DNA from: Planctomycetota bacterium
GTDB taxonomy: Bacteria > Planctomycetota > UBA8742 > JACQVU01 > JANLHZ01
Assembly: GCA_024653775.1 (NCBI GenBank)
Contig: JANLHZ010000250.1
Location: 595 to 64,594 of the forward strand
DNA length: 64,000 bases
Direction: 5' to 3'
Positions 1-9,033 of this stretch are shown one piece after another. The notes under the pieces were generated by a model. The model saw only the letters and a program-made list of their open reading frames with translations. It was not told the DNA's origin and searched no databases. The translations under genes were made by a program, and so were the position numbers. The first letter of the stretch is position 1. Every line of letters begins with the position of its first letter.

Positions 1-1
1 A

Positions 2-412
2 CTTTACCTTTCTCCAGCGACCGCGGAAGACATCGTCCGAGTTCTGAACGAGCGCGACAATCAGTCGGAAGACCTCTGGTCCGAATACTACGCGAGCGAT
101 GGACTTTCTTCGTCCTACTACGGCGGCGGGATGTCTTTGATCGATACCACTGAGACTGACCCGGAAGAAGCGCAGAAACTTCAGGCGGAGATTCAGAAGA
201 AGACGGAAACGCTGTACTCGGAAAGCGAGGAGCGCCTGAACCAGATGCTGACTCCGGAACAGAGAATGACTCTCGACCAATTCGTCGGCGAGGCATGGTC
301 CACCGAGTGGGGCGGCTACGGCATCGAATATCCGAGCGAAGGGATAGCGATCGAGATCGAGGAATCCTTGCCGCGAAGCGAAGACGACTCGGGCGAAATG
401 ACGAGCGAATAG
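2..412 (+). CDS. hypothetical acidic protein, C-terminal fragment (5-prime end outside window)
   Basis: The frame of listed ORF 131..412 stays open back to the window edge (LYLSPATAEDIVRVLNERDNQSEDLWSEYY...). Helical LTPEQ-type motif and acidic tail. No domain recognised. Confidence 0.45.
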   Translation, partial: LYLSPATAEDIVRVLNERDNQSEDLWSEYYASDGLSSSYYGGGMSLIDTTETDPEEAQKLQAEIQKKTETLYSESEERLNQMLTPEQRMTLDQFVGEAWSTEWGGYGIEYPSEGIAIEIEESLPRSEDDSGEMTSE

Positions 413-433
413 TCCGCGCGTGTTTTCACGGAC

Positions 434-483
434 GGTGGCATCGGCGTCTCGCCGATGTATCACGGGCAAGATGCCCGTGCCAC
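434..483. repeat. REP-like double-hairpin element, copy A (core only)
   Basis: GGTGGCATCGGCGTCTCGCCGATGTATCACGGGCAAGATGCCCGTGCCAC contains two perfect 8-bp hairpins (CATCGGCG/CGCCGATG and CACGGGCA/TGCCCGTG). It lies between convergent genes and is related to 58987-59085 and 61400-61497. Confidence 0.6.
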
Positions 484-514
484 TCCCAATCACCATAGTC
501 GAAACGATCGCTTT

Positions 515-3500
515 TCAGTACCCGAAAAGCTGGGTCCAGTAGCGGTTTTTGTCTTTCTCCGCCGCGACGCCGATGTAGTTGTAGTCCGCTATGAGAAGGT
601 TTCGATGGTGGCCGGGAGAGTGTTGCCAGCCGTCGAGCGCGCCTTGAGCGTCGAAGCCGTTCGGGTGCCAGGCGAGGTTCTCGCCGACTCTCCTTGTGTA
701 TCCCGCGCGCCTCGCCCTTTGAAGCGGATCGCGGCCAAATGGATGGCCGTCGATCTCGTGGTCGATGCGCCCGATTTCGCCCATATAGTCGGAGTGCCAC
801 CGCGACGCCTGCACGAGCTGTTCGCTGATCGCGACCGCGCCGACGCCTAGCATGAGCCTGTAGTCGTTGGTCAGTTCGACGAGTTTGTATTCTTCCGCGG
901 ACAGAAGTTCGCCCTCTTTATATGCCTCGTTCGCCTCGATAATCTGGTACGAGGTCTGAAGCCTCCGCCCGTCGCTCGAATTCAGCGGCTCCTTGTGCAC
1001 GCTGAAAATCACCTTGTCCGGAAACTCGGTCATCGAAAGCGAGCCGTATTCAGCCTTGTTCCAGTGTTCGCCCTGCGGGTCCGCCTCCTGAAGAATGGCT
1101 CGGATGTCCCCAAGCGACGTCGTCACGCTTCTGACGAACTCGGCGCGCTGTGGCTGAAGCTCCTCGACGACCTCTGACGGACGCTCCCAAATCTTGCGTA
1201 CGTCCTTCAGCGCGTCGTCGATCTTTCGCTGGTGCGCGATGAATCCCGCGTCGTTCTTGTCGTAGTCGGTCGGGTAGTTGGTTTCGTCGTTGATCAGCTC
1301 AATCGCTGTGTTCGCGTAGGCCTGATGCTGCCTGCGGAGCGTGCGGATCAGCTCCGGATCGCTGGCGTTCCGAAGGTTTCTGAGCTGCCTTTCGAACTTC
1401 TCGCTGACGAACTCCGCGATCTCCTTCGCGATGTTCGCGTCCCGCTGGCAGTAACGCGCGAGGGAGTTCCATGCCGCCTTCGAGGCTTCCTTTTCCCGCG
1501 AACCCTCCGCCTCGTCGAATCCGCTCTTGAAGGTTCGAATCCACTCCGGGACGCGCTCCGTATCGCGGAATTCCACAGCCTCGTCGCGGGTCATATACCT
1601 CGAAGCGGCGTCGTACCAGACGACCTCCGTCCCCTCGGGGAGATTTCGGCCCCTGCGGTACATTTCCGCGCTCCAATCCCGGTGCGCCGCGGAATCGAGC
1701 GTCCTAAGCTGCACGAGCGCTTCCATCCCGGCTTCGTCGTCACCCGCGCGGTAGCTGAACACCGCCATCCCGCGGAGTTCGTCCGCATCGAGCCCCCGTT
1801 TGCCGTCTTTCGCGATCGCCAGCGTAAACGTCGGCTGGAAGTCTTTCCACTTGAACGAGCTTCGCGTTCCGCCGCCGCCCATATTGACGGTGATCGATTC
1901 CTCGTCCGCTTCCATCGCGCGCATCGAATCGCGTGGGCCGAACCTCGCGCGGCTCGCGTCGCCTGCGTTCACCACGCGGATGATTCCGCGGATGAAAGCC
2001 GCACCGTAGCGGATGTCGCTCGCCTTCGTCTCCTCGCGAGAGCCGGAGCGAAACGTCACGCCTTCGAGCTTCGCAGCCGCACCGAGCCAGTTGTTCGCGG
2101 CCAGCAGCACTTCCGCGTCGGTCAGCGCCGCGCTTGGATCTATCGCGACCGGTGGCGGACTGATTCCGCTACCGCCGTTCGTTACAGAGGGCGGCTGCGA
2201 GACTACGCGCTCGGAAGGTCTCTCGAATCGACCTTCCTTGATGACGATTTCGATCCTGCCTTCGTTCTCGAAGCCGGGGAGCTTATGGAGCATCGTCTGT
2301 AAGAATCCGTCGTTAGACTGCCTTTCCGCGCCCTCGGTGAGATTCAGGTAAAGCTGGGCGAGCGCCCATTCCGCGGCTGGAAGCGCGTTATGCTCCATCA
2401 TGATAAAGACCATCGCGCGAAAGCGATCCGGGAGGCGCGTCCTGTCTTCGAGCGTAAACCGGAGCCATTCGCCGATCTGCATCGGATCGACGCGGCTCCA
2501 GCGCTCAGTCTGCTGTCGGGACATGTTCTGCACCTCGACTTCCTCGTCGCTGGCGCGCAGAGGAATCATCCGGGAGTTTTCTTCGGCAAACTTCGCCCGG
2601 AACGACGCGAATTCGCCGTGGTTGATGGACTGGATCATCGAGTCGAAAACGATTTTCATAAGACGGAGCTGATCGAGTCTTCTCGCAGCGTCCGGGTCCG
2701 GCTCCGTCCTGAGTCCCGCGGCTTCGTCGTACCTCGCGACCGCGTCGGTGAACCGATACGCCTGGGCGAACGTGTCTCCGGTGCTTATGAGGAGCGCGAT
2801 GGTTTCCTCGCTACTCATCACAGGGCCTCCGCCCTCTTCCGCGCTCATCGAGGAGCTTGTGAGGTCTACTTCCTGACCCGCGCGGTAATCCTCGGTGACG
2901 GTGCGGAGCGCTTCAAGCTCCCTCGCGACCCGTCTTTCATGCACAGTGCGCGCGACGTCCTCGAAAAGATCGAGGAGGACGATGCTTGCGAGTTCGAAAT
3001 TCGGGTTGTCCTTGATCCTTACTACGCCGCGCTCGTCGTAAAGCGGCTGCCCCGCTCCGTCGCGGCCTTCGATCCAGCAGTCCTGGCTCTGTTTCACCTT
3101 GCCCGAGTAATGCTGCGAAAGCCTGCCTGTAAGCTCGGTTTCCTTCGTGCGAAGGGTTTCGTCGAGATCGATACCGACCCGCGCCAGTTCGAGCTTGCGT
3201 TTCGAATTCAGCGCGATGAAGTCGTCGAGCACGGTCCGTGCCCTTGCGAAACTAAGCTTCGCGAGGTGCCCGTCGATGTCGCGACCCAGCGCGGAGATAT
3301 CCTCCTCGAATTCGCGGCGGATTTCGTCCTCGATTATCCTTATCTGGAGTTTCGCGTCGCCCGAGTATTCGCTTTCCGGATATTCCTGCATGAACCGTCT
3401 GTACGCTTCGATCTTGTCGACCCGGCTCACCAGCGCCGAAATCTTCTGGTACGCGATCTTCTCTTCGCTGATCGTGACTTCCTCTGTGACGCCAGTGAGA

Positions 3501-4627
3501 CTTGCGAGAACGCCCGCGACGTACTCCTGCGCGAAAATCAGAACGCCGACCGCTACGAAGATCAGCGCCGCGACTGGGACGTAGACCTTCGGTGAATTCA
3601 GCTTCCGCCAGCGCTGCCTTACCTTCACTTCGTCGTCGCGATGAGTCCGCGCGTACTCCTTGTCGCCGAAGGTTATCCGGCTGTCGCCTATCTCGATGAC
3701 GTCCAGATACCTTAGCGGGCGTTCGTTGATTTCCTCCCCTGCGATCCTCGTCCCGTTCGAGCTTTTGAGATCCAGAATGCGCCAGGTGCCGTCTATCTTC
3801 CTCACCTGCGCGTGATACCGCGAGCACTTGATCTCGTCCGGGATGCAGATGTCGTTGTCTTCCTCGACCCGACCGATTCGCACACAGTCGGCGCCGTCCG
3901 GGATTTCATACGTGAACGCCGCGCCCACGCTTTCGACATAGAGGACCAGCGTCTTTCCGTCGCCCTTCGTGCGGTGCGCGATACTCTTTCCGGGATGTTT
4001 GTCGTGCTTCTCGTGCTTTTCTTTTTCGGGCTTTTCGTTCCGGTCGTTTTTGCCCTCATCCTCATCTCTATTTCGATGGCGTTTCCGTTCGCGCTTCTCT
4101 TCCTCGAAAAGCTCCTCCTGATCTTCCGGAGCGTCCGCGGGCTTCTCCTCCTCCGGCTCTGCAACCTCCGCCTTCGCCTTCAGGGTTTTCGAATTTTCCT
4201 TTTCATCCTTCTTTTTCTTCGCGGGTTCGTCCTTCGCTTTTTTCGAAGTCTTTTCCGAGGGCTTTTCAGGCGGCTCGTACCCTGGCCTCGGCCCGCGCTT
4301 TTTCGGACTGCCGTTACACTCGAAAATCCCGTCGTCCTTGGTTTTCCCGTCGTTGATTCTGACGTGGAGCGAGACGAGCTTTTCCTTGGTTTTCTTGAAA
4401 GTGACCGTCAGCCCTTCGACGTCCGAAGCCTCGAGTCCGCGCATCGCGACGTTCCTCAGAAACTGCTCCTCGAGAAGCGAAATCTTTCCTTCCGCAAGAA
4501 GCTGCGTCGAAAACGAGTGCCCCGGCGCCTCGGATTGCCAGCGTTCGAAACTCTCCTCGATCTCACTTTGCTTCACAAGTCCGGTACGAACCGCGAGCAT
4601 TGCGACTATGAGGTTTGGATTCGCCAT
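515..4627 (-). CDS. large FHA-domain membrane protein with C-terminal CAP/SCP (YkwD-like) domain
   Basis: 1370 aa. FHA signature (VRIGR..DICIPD..SRYHAQV..DLKSSNGT), then one TM helix (VYVPVAALIFVAVGVLIFA), then ~900 aa extracytoplasmic. The C-terminus matches the CAP/PR-1 pattern (GENLAW...GWQHSPGHHRNLL...IGVA...YWTQLFG). A Lys/Glu-rich low-complexity region lies near the N-terminus. Confidence 0.9.
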   Translation of the reverse strand: MANPNLIVAMLAVRTGLVKQSEIEESFERWQSEAPGHSFSTQLLAEGKISLLEEQFLRNVAMRGLEASDVEGLTVTFKKTKEKLVSLHVRINDGKTKDDGIFECNGSPKKRGPRPGYEPPEKPSEKTSKKAKDEPAKKKKDEKENSKTLKAKAEVAEPEEEKPADAPEDQEELFEEEKRERKRHRNRDEDEGKNDRNEKPEKEKHEKHDKHPGKSIAHRTKGDGKTLVLYVESVGAAFTYEIPDGADCVRIGRVEEDNDICIPDEIKCSRYHAQVRKIDGTWRILDLKSSNGTRIAGEEINERPLRYLDVIEIGDSRITFGDKEYARTHRDDEVKVRQRWRKLNSPKVYVPVAALIFVAVGVLIFAQEYVAGVLASLTGVTEEVTISEEKIAYQKISALVSRVDKIEAYRRFMQEYPESEYSGDAKLQIRIIEDEIRREFEEDISALGRDIDGHLAKLSFARARTVLDDFIALNSKRKLELARVGIDLDETLRTKETELTGRLSQHYSGKVKQSQDCWIEGRDGAGQPLYDERGVVRIKDNPNFELASIVLLDLFEDVARTVHERRVARELEALRTVTEDYRAGQEVDLTSSSMSAEEGGGPVMSSEETIALLISTGDTFAQAYRFTDAVARYDEAAGLRTEPDPDAARRLDQLRLMKIVFDSMIQSINHGEFASFRAKFAEENSRMIPLRASDEEVEVQNMSRQQTERWSRVDPMQIGEWLRFTLEDRTRLPDRFRAMVFIMMEHNALPAAEWALAQLYLNLTEGAERQSNDGFLQTMLHKLPGFENEGRIEIVIKEGRFERPSERVVSQPPSVTNGGSGISPPPVAIDPSAALTDAEVLLAANNWLGAAAKLEGVTFRSGSREETKASDIRYGAAFIRGIIRVVNAGDASRARFGPRDSMRAMEADEESITVNMGGGGTRSSFKWKDFQPTFTLAIAKDGKRGLDADELRGMAVFSYRAGDDEAGMEALVQLRTLDSAAHRDWSAEMYRRGRNLPEGTEVVWYDAASRYMTRDEAVEFRDTERVPEWIRTFKSGFDEAEGSREKEASKAAWNSLARYCQRDANIAKEIAEFVSEKFERQLRNLRNASDPELIRTLRRQHQAYANTAIELINDETNYPTDYDKNDAGFIAHQRKIDDALKDVRKIWERPSEVVEELQPQRAEFVRSVTTSLGDIRAILQEADPQGEHWNKAEYGSLSMTEFPDKVIFSVHKEPLNSSDGRRLQTSYQIIEANEAYKEGELLSAEEYKLVELTNDYRLMLGVGAVAISEQLVQASRWHSDYMGEIGRIDHEIDGHPFGRDPLQRARRAGYTRRVGENLAWHPNGFDAQGALDGWQHSPGHHRNLLIADYNYIGVAAEKDKNRYWTQLFGY

Positions 4628-4647
4628 ATTTCACACACACGGATTTT

Positions 4648-4829
4648 AGGCCTCGGAACAAAATAAACTACCGTTTCTGCATCACATCTTCACACCGTAT
4701 TCATTCCGCGCTCGGTTGCCAAATCCTCATCGGAACTTTGGCTACGACTCCGGTTTGGCTCTCTCGCGCAAAATGAATCTCGCGTAAATCTGAGCGCATA
4801 AATCGATACCTTATTTTGTTCCGAGGCCT
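4648..4829 (+). repeat. ~180-nt covarying hairpin element, copy 1
   Basis: Terminal helix AGGCCTCGGAACAAAATAA / TTATTTTGTTCCGAGGCCT encloses a ~120-nt core shared with 5672-5851 (inverted) and 32544-32729. Confidence 0.75.
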
Positions 4830-4863
4830 TACTATCTGGGGCGTTCGATATCTTCCGTCTCGA

Positions 4864-5634
4864 TCAGCCGAAGTCGAAATCCTGATCCGGGCCGAAGGTG
4901 AGCTTGAAATCGACCTTGCCTTCGTCGAGATTGAAACTAGTAGGAATGCACTCCTCGTCCTCCGCGGTTTTCTTGTTGCCGACGATGATTTTGGTCTTGC
5001 CGATGGTGATCTCGTCGCCCCAGTTGAGCGCCTGCTGGGAGACCCTTTCGCCGTTGACGCAGGTTCCGTTGGTGCTTTTCAGGTCGACGAGAACGAATTC
5101 GTCTCCCATCTTTTCGAGTTTGCAGTGGTTCCTCGACGATTTGACCTCGTCGATCTGGATGTCGTTACCTTCGCCTCGTCCGACGGTGATGACTTTGGTC
5201 GCGTCGTCAATCGAAATGAATCGATCGCGAATACCGTCCAGCACCTCGACGAAAAGGTCTTCCCTCCGCGCGAGCTTCCCGCCGCGCATTTTCGGCATCG
5301 GAGTTCCCGGAGGGGAAGCTTTCTGTACTCCAGGCGGCGCGGAAACCGCGTCTTCGAAAATCAGTCTCGTCGCGCCTATCGTGAAAACCATTCCGTGCTT
5401 GAGCTTGACCTCGGCGATCTTTTCGCCGCCGATCTTGGTGCCGTTGCTGCTTCCGAGATCCTTTAGCACCCAGTCGCTGCCGCTACGAACGAGCGCGCAA
5501 TGTTTTCGGCTCGCCTTTCCCTCCGCGAGCTGAAGGTCGTTGCCTTCCTCCCTGCCGATGCTGAACGCGGTCGCCAGCGTCGGAATGTTGACTGCTCTTT
5601 CCTGGCCGCCGGAATGAATTTTGAGTGTTGCCAC
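4864..5634 (-). CDS. tandem FHA-domain protein
   Basis: 256 aa with two FHA signatures (FSIGREEGNDLQL..SRKHCALV..LKDLGSSNGT and ITVGRGEGNDIQI..SRNHCKLE..LVDLKSTNGT). Confidence 0.9.
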   Translation of the reverse strand: MATLKIHSGGQERAVNIPTLATAFSIGREEGNDLQLAEGKASRKHCALVRSGSDWVLKDLGSSNGTKIGGEKIAEVKLKHGMVFTIGATRLIFEDAVSAPPGVQKASPPGTPMPKMRGGKLARREDLFVEVLDGIRDRFISIDDATKVITVGRGEGNDIQIDEVKSSRNHCKLEKMGDEFVLVDLKSTNGTCVNGERVSQQALNWGDEITIGKTKIIVGNKKTAEDEECIPTSFNLDEGKVDFKLTFGPDQDFDFG

Positions 5635-5671
5635 CGATTACCTCTGGTTCGAATAACTGGAACTGGAATAA

Positions 5672-5851
5672 GGAGTCGTGTCAAAATAAGTTTACGAATT
5701 TCACGCTCAGATTTGCATCAGGTTCGTTTTGCGCGAGGAAGCCCAACCGGAGGCGTAGCTGTAGTTCCGGTGAGGATTGGGCGACCGAGCGCGGAACGAA
5801 GATGATGTGAAGATGTGATGTGAAAACGGCAACTTATTTTGTCACGACTCC
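5672..5851 (-). repeat. ~180-nt covarying hairpin element, copy 2 (inverted relative to copy 1)
   Basis: Terminal helix GGAGTCGTGTCAAAATAAG / CTTATTTTGTCACGACTCC. The core aligns to the reverse complement of copy 1 over ~120 nt. Confidence 0.75.
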
Positions 5852-6024
5852 TAAGGCTTGTAAAATGATGTCACAGGACCTGAATTTGTCAATGATATTT
5901 GGTTCAGAAAAGCATTACAAGCGCAAAAGCGGCCCCGTGGGTATCGCGAGGCAAGACTGCTTTGCGGGACTTCAGGCAGGCCGCGGCCAAGGCGGGATTC
6001 GGAATCGAAGTCGCGCGTTCGATT

Positions 6025-8898
6025 TTATGACGGTTTCGCGAACCTTCCCGACAGCTTTCTCCCGAGTTTCACGATCTTCCGGAAGGTGTCGTCCTTCTCG
6101 GACAAACCCGCCACGAAATCCTCGAGGCTCTCCTCCGCCGCGGCTTTCTTGTGCTCCCGGCGGAATTCGGCGATGGAAATCTGTTTCGCCCGCTTGATCG
6201 CCTTCAACGCCTGGTCGATGTTCCCGAGTTTATAAAGGAACAGCGCGACCTGAAGCGCGACGTCTCTTCGTGGCACGACGACGTCCATTGCGGGATAACG
6301 CAGAATCCGCATCAGGCGCTTAAGTCCTTCCGCGTAGTTGCTGCTCTTGATGCAGAGGTTCGCGCTCATCACGAAGTACTTCGCCGCGATGTCGTAGAAC
6401 CCGAGTCCCTCGAAATCCGCCGCGGCTTCTTCGAGGACGCTTTCCGCGGCGCTCTGCTGGTTCATCCATTCCCGGAGTTCCGCGAGTTCCACGCTGAAGT
6501 CGATCACGGTTACGGGCGCGGAGAGTCGATCTATCTCGCGGATCGAATCGTTAAAGTAGCCTAGTCTTGCGCTAACGACGATCATCGCGCTCCCGTACAC
6601 CACCTCGTAGACGAAATCGTCCGCGTGCCCGAGAAAGGATCGCGCGCCGCTCAGGTAGGTCCGCGCGAGCCTCAGTCCGACGTTGTCGGGCAGAATCGAT
6701 TTGAACCGCTTGAATCCCTGCGCGATCTTCTCGAGCGGCGTGTTCGCGTCCATGGGCTTATTCGCGAGCAGCTCGGGCGAGTTCATCGCGGAGACGAGGT
6801 AGTAAAGGCCGACGCTCGCGTACATCCGGAAGCGAAGGGCCGGGTCTTCCGCGAACATGTTCCTTTGAAGAAACCTGCGCGACTCCTCGAGAATCTGCAC
6901 GAAGCACTTCTCGCTCGCCGACACCAGCGGCAGCGTCTTCTTGACGAGTTCCAGCGGGCTTTCGATGTTCGCCAGTAGCGGCTGCTCCTTGAAAAGCAGC
7001 AGCGCCGCGATGAAGCTCGAAAGGAACATCGTCCGTGAAACGATCTCGTCTCCGGAAAGCTGGCTTTCGATCACGCTTTCGTGGATCTTCTCCGCGATGG
7101 CGTAGTAAGGCGAGCGCTTCGTCACGGTCGACCACATTCTCTGAATCTTCGAGAACTCGGTCATATAGTCGCTCTGGATCGCTTTCGCGCTCTTCGTCAG
7201 CGTTCGATTCCATTTTTTCGATTCCTCGCCATCGAGCAGTGGGAACTCACGGACCCTCCCGTACGCGAGAGCGACGTACGCGTATGCGAGATTCTTCACA
7301 TGGGGCGATTCCTCCCCGCACCACCCGTCGATTATCTTCGAGCGAAACCCCTCTCTGGTCGAAGTCACGTTCGACGTCAGCTTAGTGAGCGACGAGAAGT
7401 CGAGGTGACTCTCGACGATGTTCTCGATCTCGATGCCCGCCCGGGTGAAAACCTTCTGCGAATCGTGGGCCTGATCTTCCGATTCGAACCGCGCGATGAA
7501 AATCCGTCCGCCCGGAAGCGTCGCGGCGATCGTGTTCACGATCTGTTCCGACAGCGGGTTCTCCTCGCTGAGAAAGAGCGCGGTCTTCCTTCCTCGGACG
7601 AGGTTCTCCACAAGCCGTCCGGCGGACCGCGAAAGAAACGATCTGTGGAACGGGCCGTGAATCTCGCTTATCTCGGAGCTGGAAGCGTCGACGAAACTCT
7701 CCGGCTTGTCCGCGGAGCCGTAGACCTTGAGCAGAGTCACCTCGTCGCGCACGGCTTCGTTCGCGAGCTCGTTCTCGATTTCCTCGTGAGTCGAGATAGT
7801 GCGGTACGAAACCCCCTCGGCGTCGAACGCGCGTTCGATAGCGGTGTCGATGCGTGTAGTCACGATCCGCCTCAGCCTGCCCTCTTTCACGACCTTGCAG
7901 AGCATATCTTCGAAGGACGAAGGCCCGAGCGCGCCGAGTTTTCCGATAAGCTCGCGGGTCGCGCTTTCTGAAACGTTCGAAACGAGGTGCAGAAGAAACG
8001 GACTCGCCGCGACGTCGCTCACGTCGAGGGTCAGCCCGTTCGTCTGGGAGAACGCCGGGTCCTTCGAAAGCGCGTCCGCGATCTCCTTCGTCACGGCGGT
8101 AAGCGTGACGTCCTGCGCGTCCGCGCGCAGGTGCGACGTGAAAACCAGCGTCTCGATCTCGCGGAGAAGGTCGATTTCCTCGCTTTCCTCGCTGTAACTG
8201 CTGAGCGCGCTCGAAATAAAGTCGTCGTCGTAGAACATCGTGTCGCCAAGGGCGCCTTCGCCCAGCAGTTCCGCGTCGAGAATCTGCTCCATCCCCGGAA
8301 TCGAAAGCGCCTCGCCGCTGTCCTCCGCGCTCAGATCCGCAAGATCAGCCCTGGACAACTCCTCCTCCGGCTGCGGCATGTCCGCGAACGGCTCCTCGAA
8401 TTCGATCCCGTCATCCGCGGCTTCCGCAATCTGAGGAGCCTTCGACACGGGGAATTCATCTAGTTCCGGCGGTTCGTCGAACTCGGCGTGGGAAAACTTA
8501 GAAACTATCTGAGGCTCAGGGAGTGCAGACGCCTCGTCTGCGCCAAAGCCTTCAGACGTCTCGTTCGAAGGCTCCGAAAAGTCGGAAACTTCTGCTTGAG
8601 ATAGTTTCTTGGAGGGTTCTTCCGGAATTTCGGTCTGCGCGGACGCGACGGCTGCTTTCTTCGCCGGCGCGGTTTCCGCAGCGGGAACCGCGTCTTCGGT
8701 TTCGCGGGTCAAAACTGTCGCCGCCGCCTTTTTCGGCGCTAGGGTTGCGGTGGGAATCGCTCCGTCTTCGAATTCGCTCATGGCGGGGATTCTGCACCTC
8801 GCCATGCAGGTCTTGCACACGAACGGTTTCCCGGCGTACTCTTCCTTCGCTCGCGATGCTTTACCGCACGATGGGCATAAAAAACGAAGCGTGGTCAT
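6025..8898 (-). CDS. zinc-ribbon / acidic linker / degenerate SIR2-like / TPR-like protein (function unknown)
   Basis: N-terminal CPSCG..CKTC zinc ribbon, ~230-aa acidic linker, a central region with SIR2_2-like motif order but altered catalytic residues (VTTRID, KVYGS), and a helical-repeat C-terminus. The start at 8898 is preferred over 8940 because of the AGGGGA RBS. Confidence 0.8.
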   Translation of the reverse strand: MTTLRFLCPSCGKASRAKEEYAGKPFVCKTCMARCRIPAMSEFEDGAIPTATLAPKKAAATVLTRETEDAVPAAETAPAKKAAVASAQTEIPEEPSKKLSQAEVSDFSEPSNETSEGFGADEASALPEPQIVSKFSHAEFDEPPELDEFPVSKAPQIAEAADDGIEFEEPFADMPQPEEELSRADLADLSAEDSGEALSIPGMEQILDAELLGEGALGDTMFYDDDFISSALSSYSEESEEIDLLREIETLVFTSHLRADAQDVTLTAVTKEIADALSKDPAFSQTNGLTLDVSDVAASPFLLHLVSNVSESATRELIGKLGALGPSSFEDMLCKVVKEGRLRRIVTTRIDTAIERAFDAEGVSYRTISTHEEIENELANEAVRDEVTLLKVYGSADKPESFVDASSSEISEIHGPFHRSFLSRSAGRLVENLVRGRKTALFLSEENPLSEQIVNTIAATLPGGRIFIARFESEDQAHDSQKVFTRAGIEIENIVESHLDFSSLTKLTSNVTSTREGFRSKIIDGWCGEESPHVKNLAYAYVALAYGRVREFPLLDGEESKKWNRTLTKSAKAIQSDYMTEFSKIQRMWSTVTKRSPYYAIAEKIHESVIESQLSGDEIVSRTMFLSSFIAALLLFKEQPLLANIESPLELVKKTLPLVSASEKCFVQILEESRRFLQRNMFAEDPALRFRMYASVGLYYLVSAMNSPELLANKPMDANTPLEKIAQGFKRFKSILPDNVGLRLARTYLSGARSFLGHADDFVYEVVYGSAMIVVSARLGYFNDSIREIDRLSAPVTVIDFSVELAELREWMNQQSAAESVLEEAAADFEGLGFYDIAAKYFVMSANLCIKSSNYAEGLKRLMRILRYPAMDVVVPRRDVALQVALFLYKLGNIDQALKAIKRAKQISIAEFRREHKKAAAEESLEDFVAGLSEKDDTFRKIVKLGRKLSGRFAKPS

Positions 8899-9033
8899 CG
8901 ATTCCCCTGTGAGACGGTTAGTGTCCCACACGCTGATCATATTGTCAAGGTAAGGAAGACACCGCCGAGGTCGCAGGTGAGCGTACGCCGCATGTCAGAA
9001 GTTCGTCGCGGTCTTTGCCTGGATGAATCCGCT

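Noticed and set aside
1532-1542. tRNA-like T-loop words GGTTCGAATCC (1532-1542) and GTTCGAATCC (22097-22106).
   Set aside because: No matching acceptor, D or anticodon stems surround them. The first lies inside a coding region. No tRNA could be folded by eye anywhere in the window.
1232-4666. Long plus-strand ORFs (1232..2302, 2390..3595, 3812..4666 and others) antisense to the 1370-aa FHA/CAP gene.
   Set aside because: They are Arg/Ala/Leu-rich shadow ORFs typical of GC-rich DNA. The opposite strand encodes recognisable FHA and CAP domains over the whole interval.
5700-5725. Hammerhead-like CUGAUG word inside the covarying element (copies 2 and 3).
   Set aside because: It reads CUGAUGC rather than CUGAUGA, is absent from copy 1, and has no GAAA or cleavage-site context.
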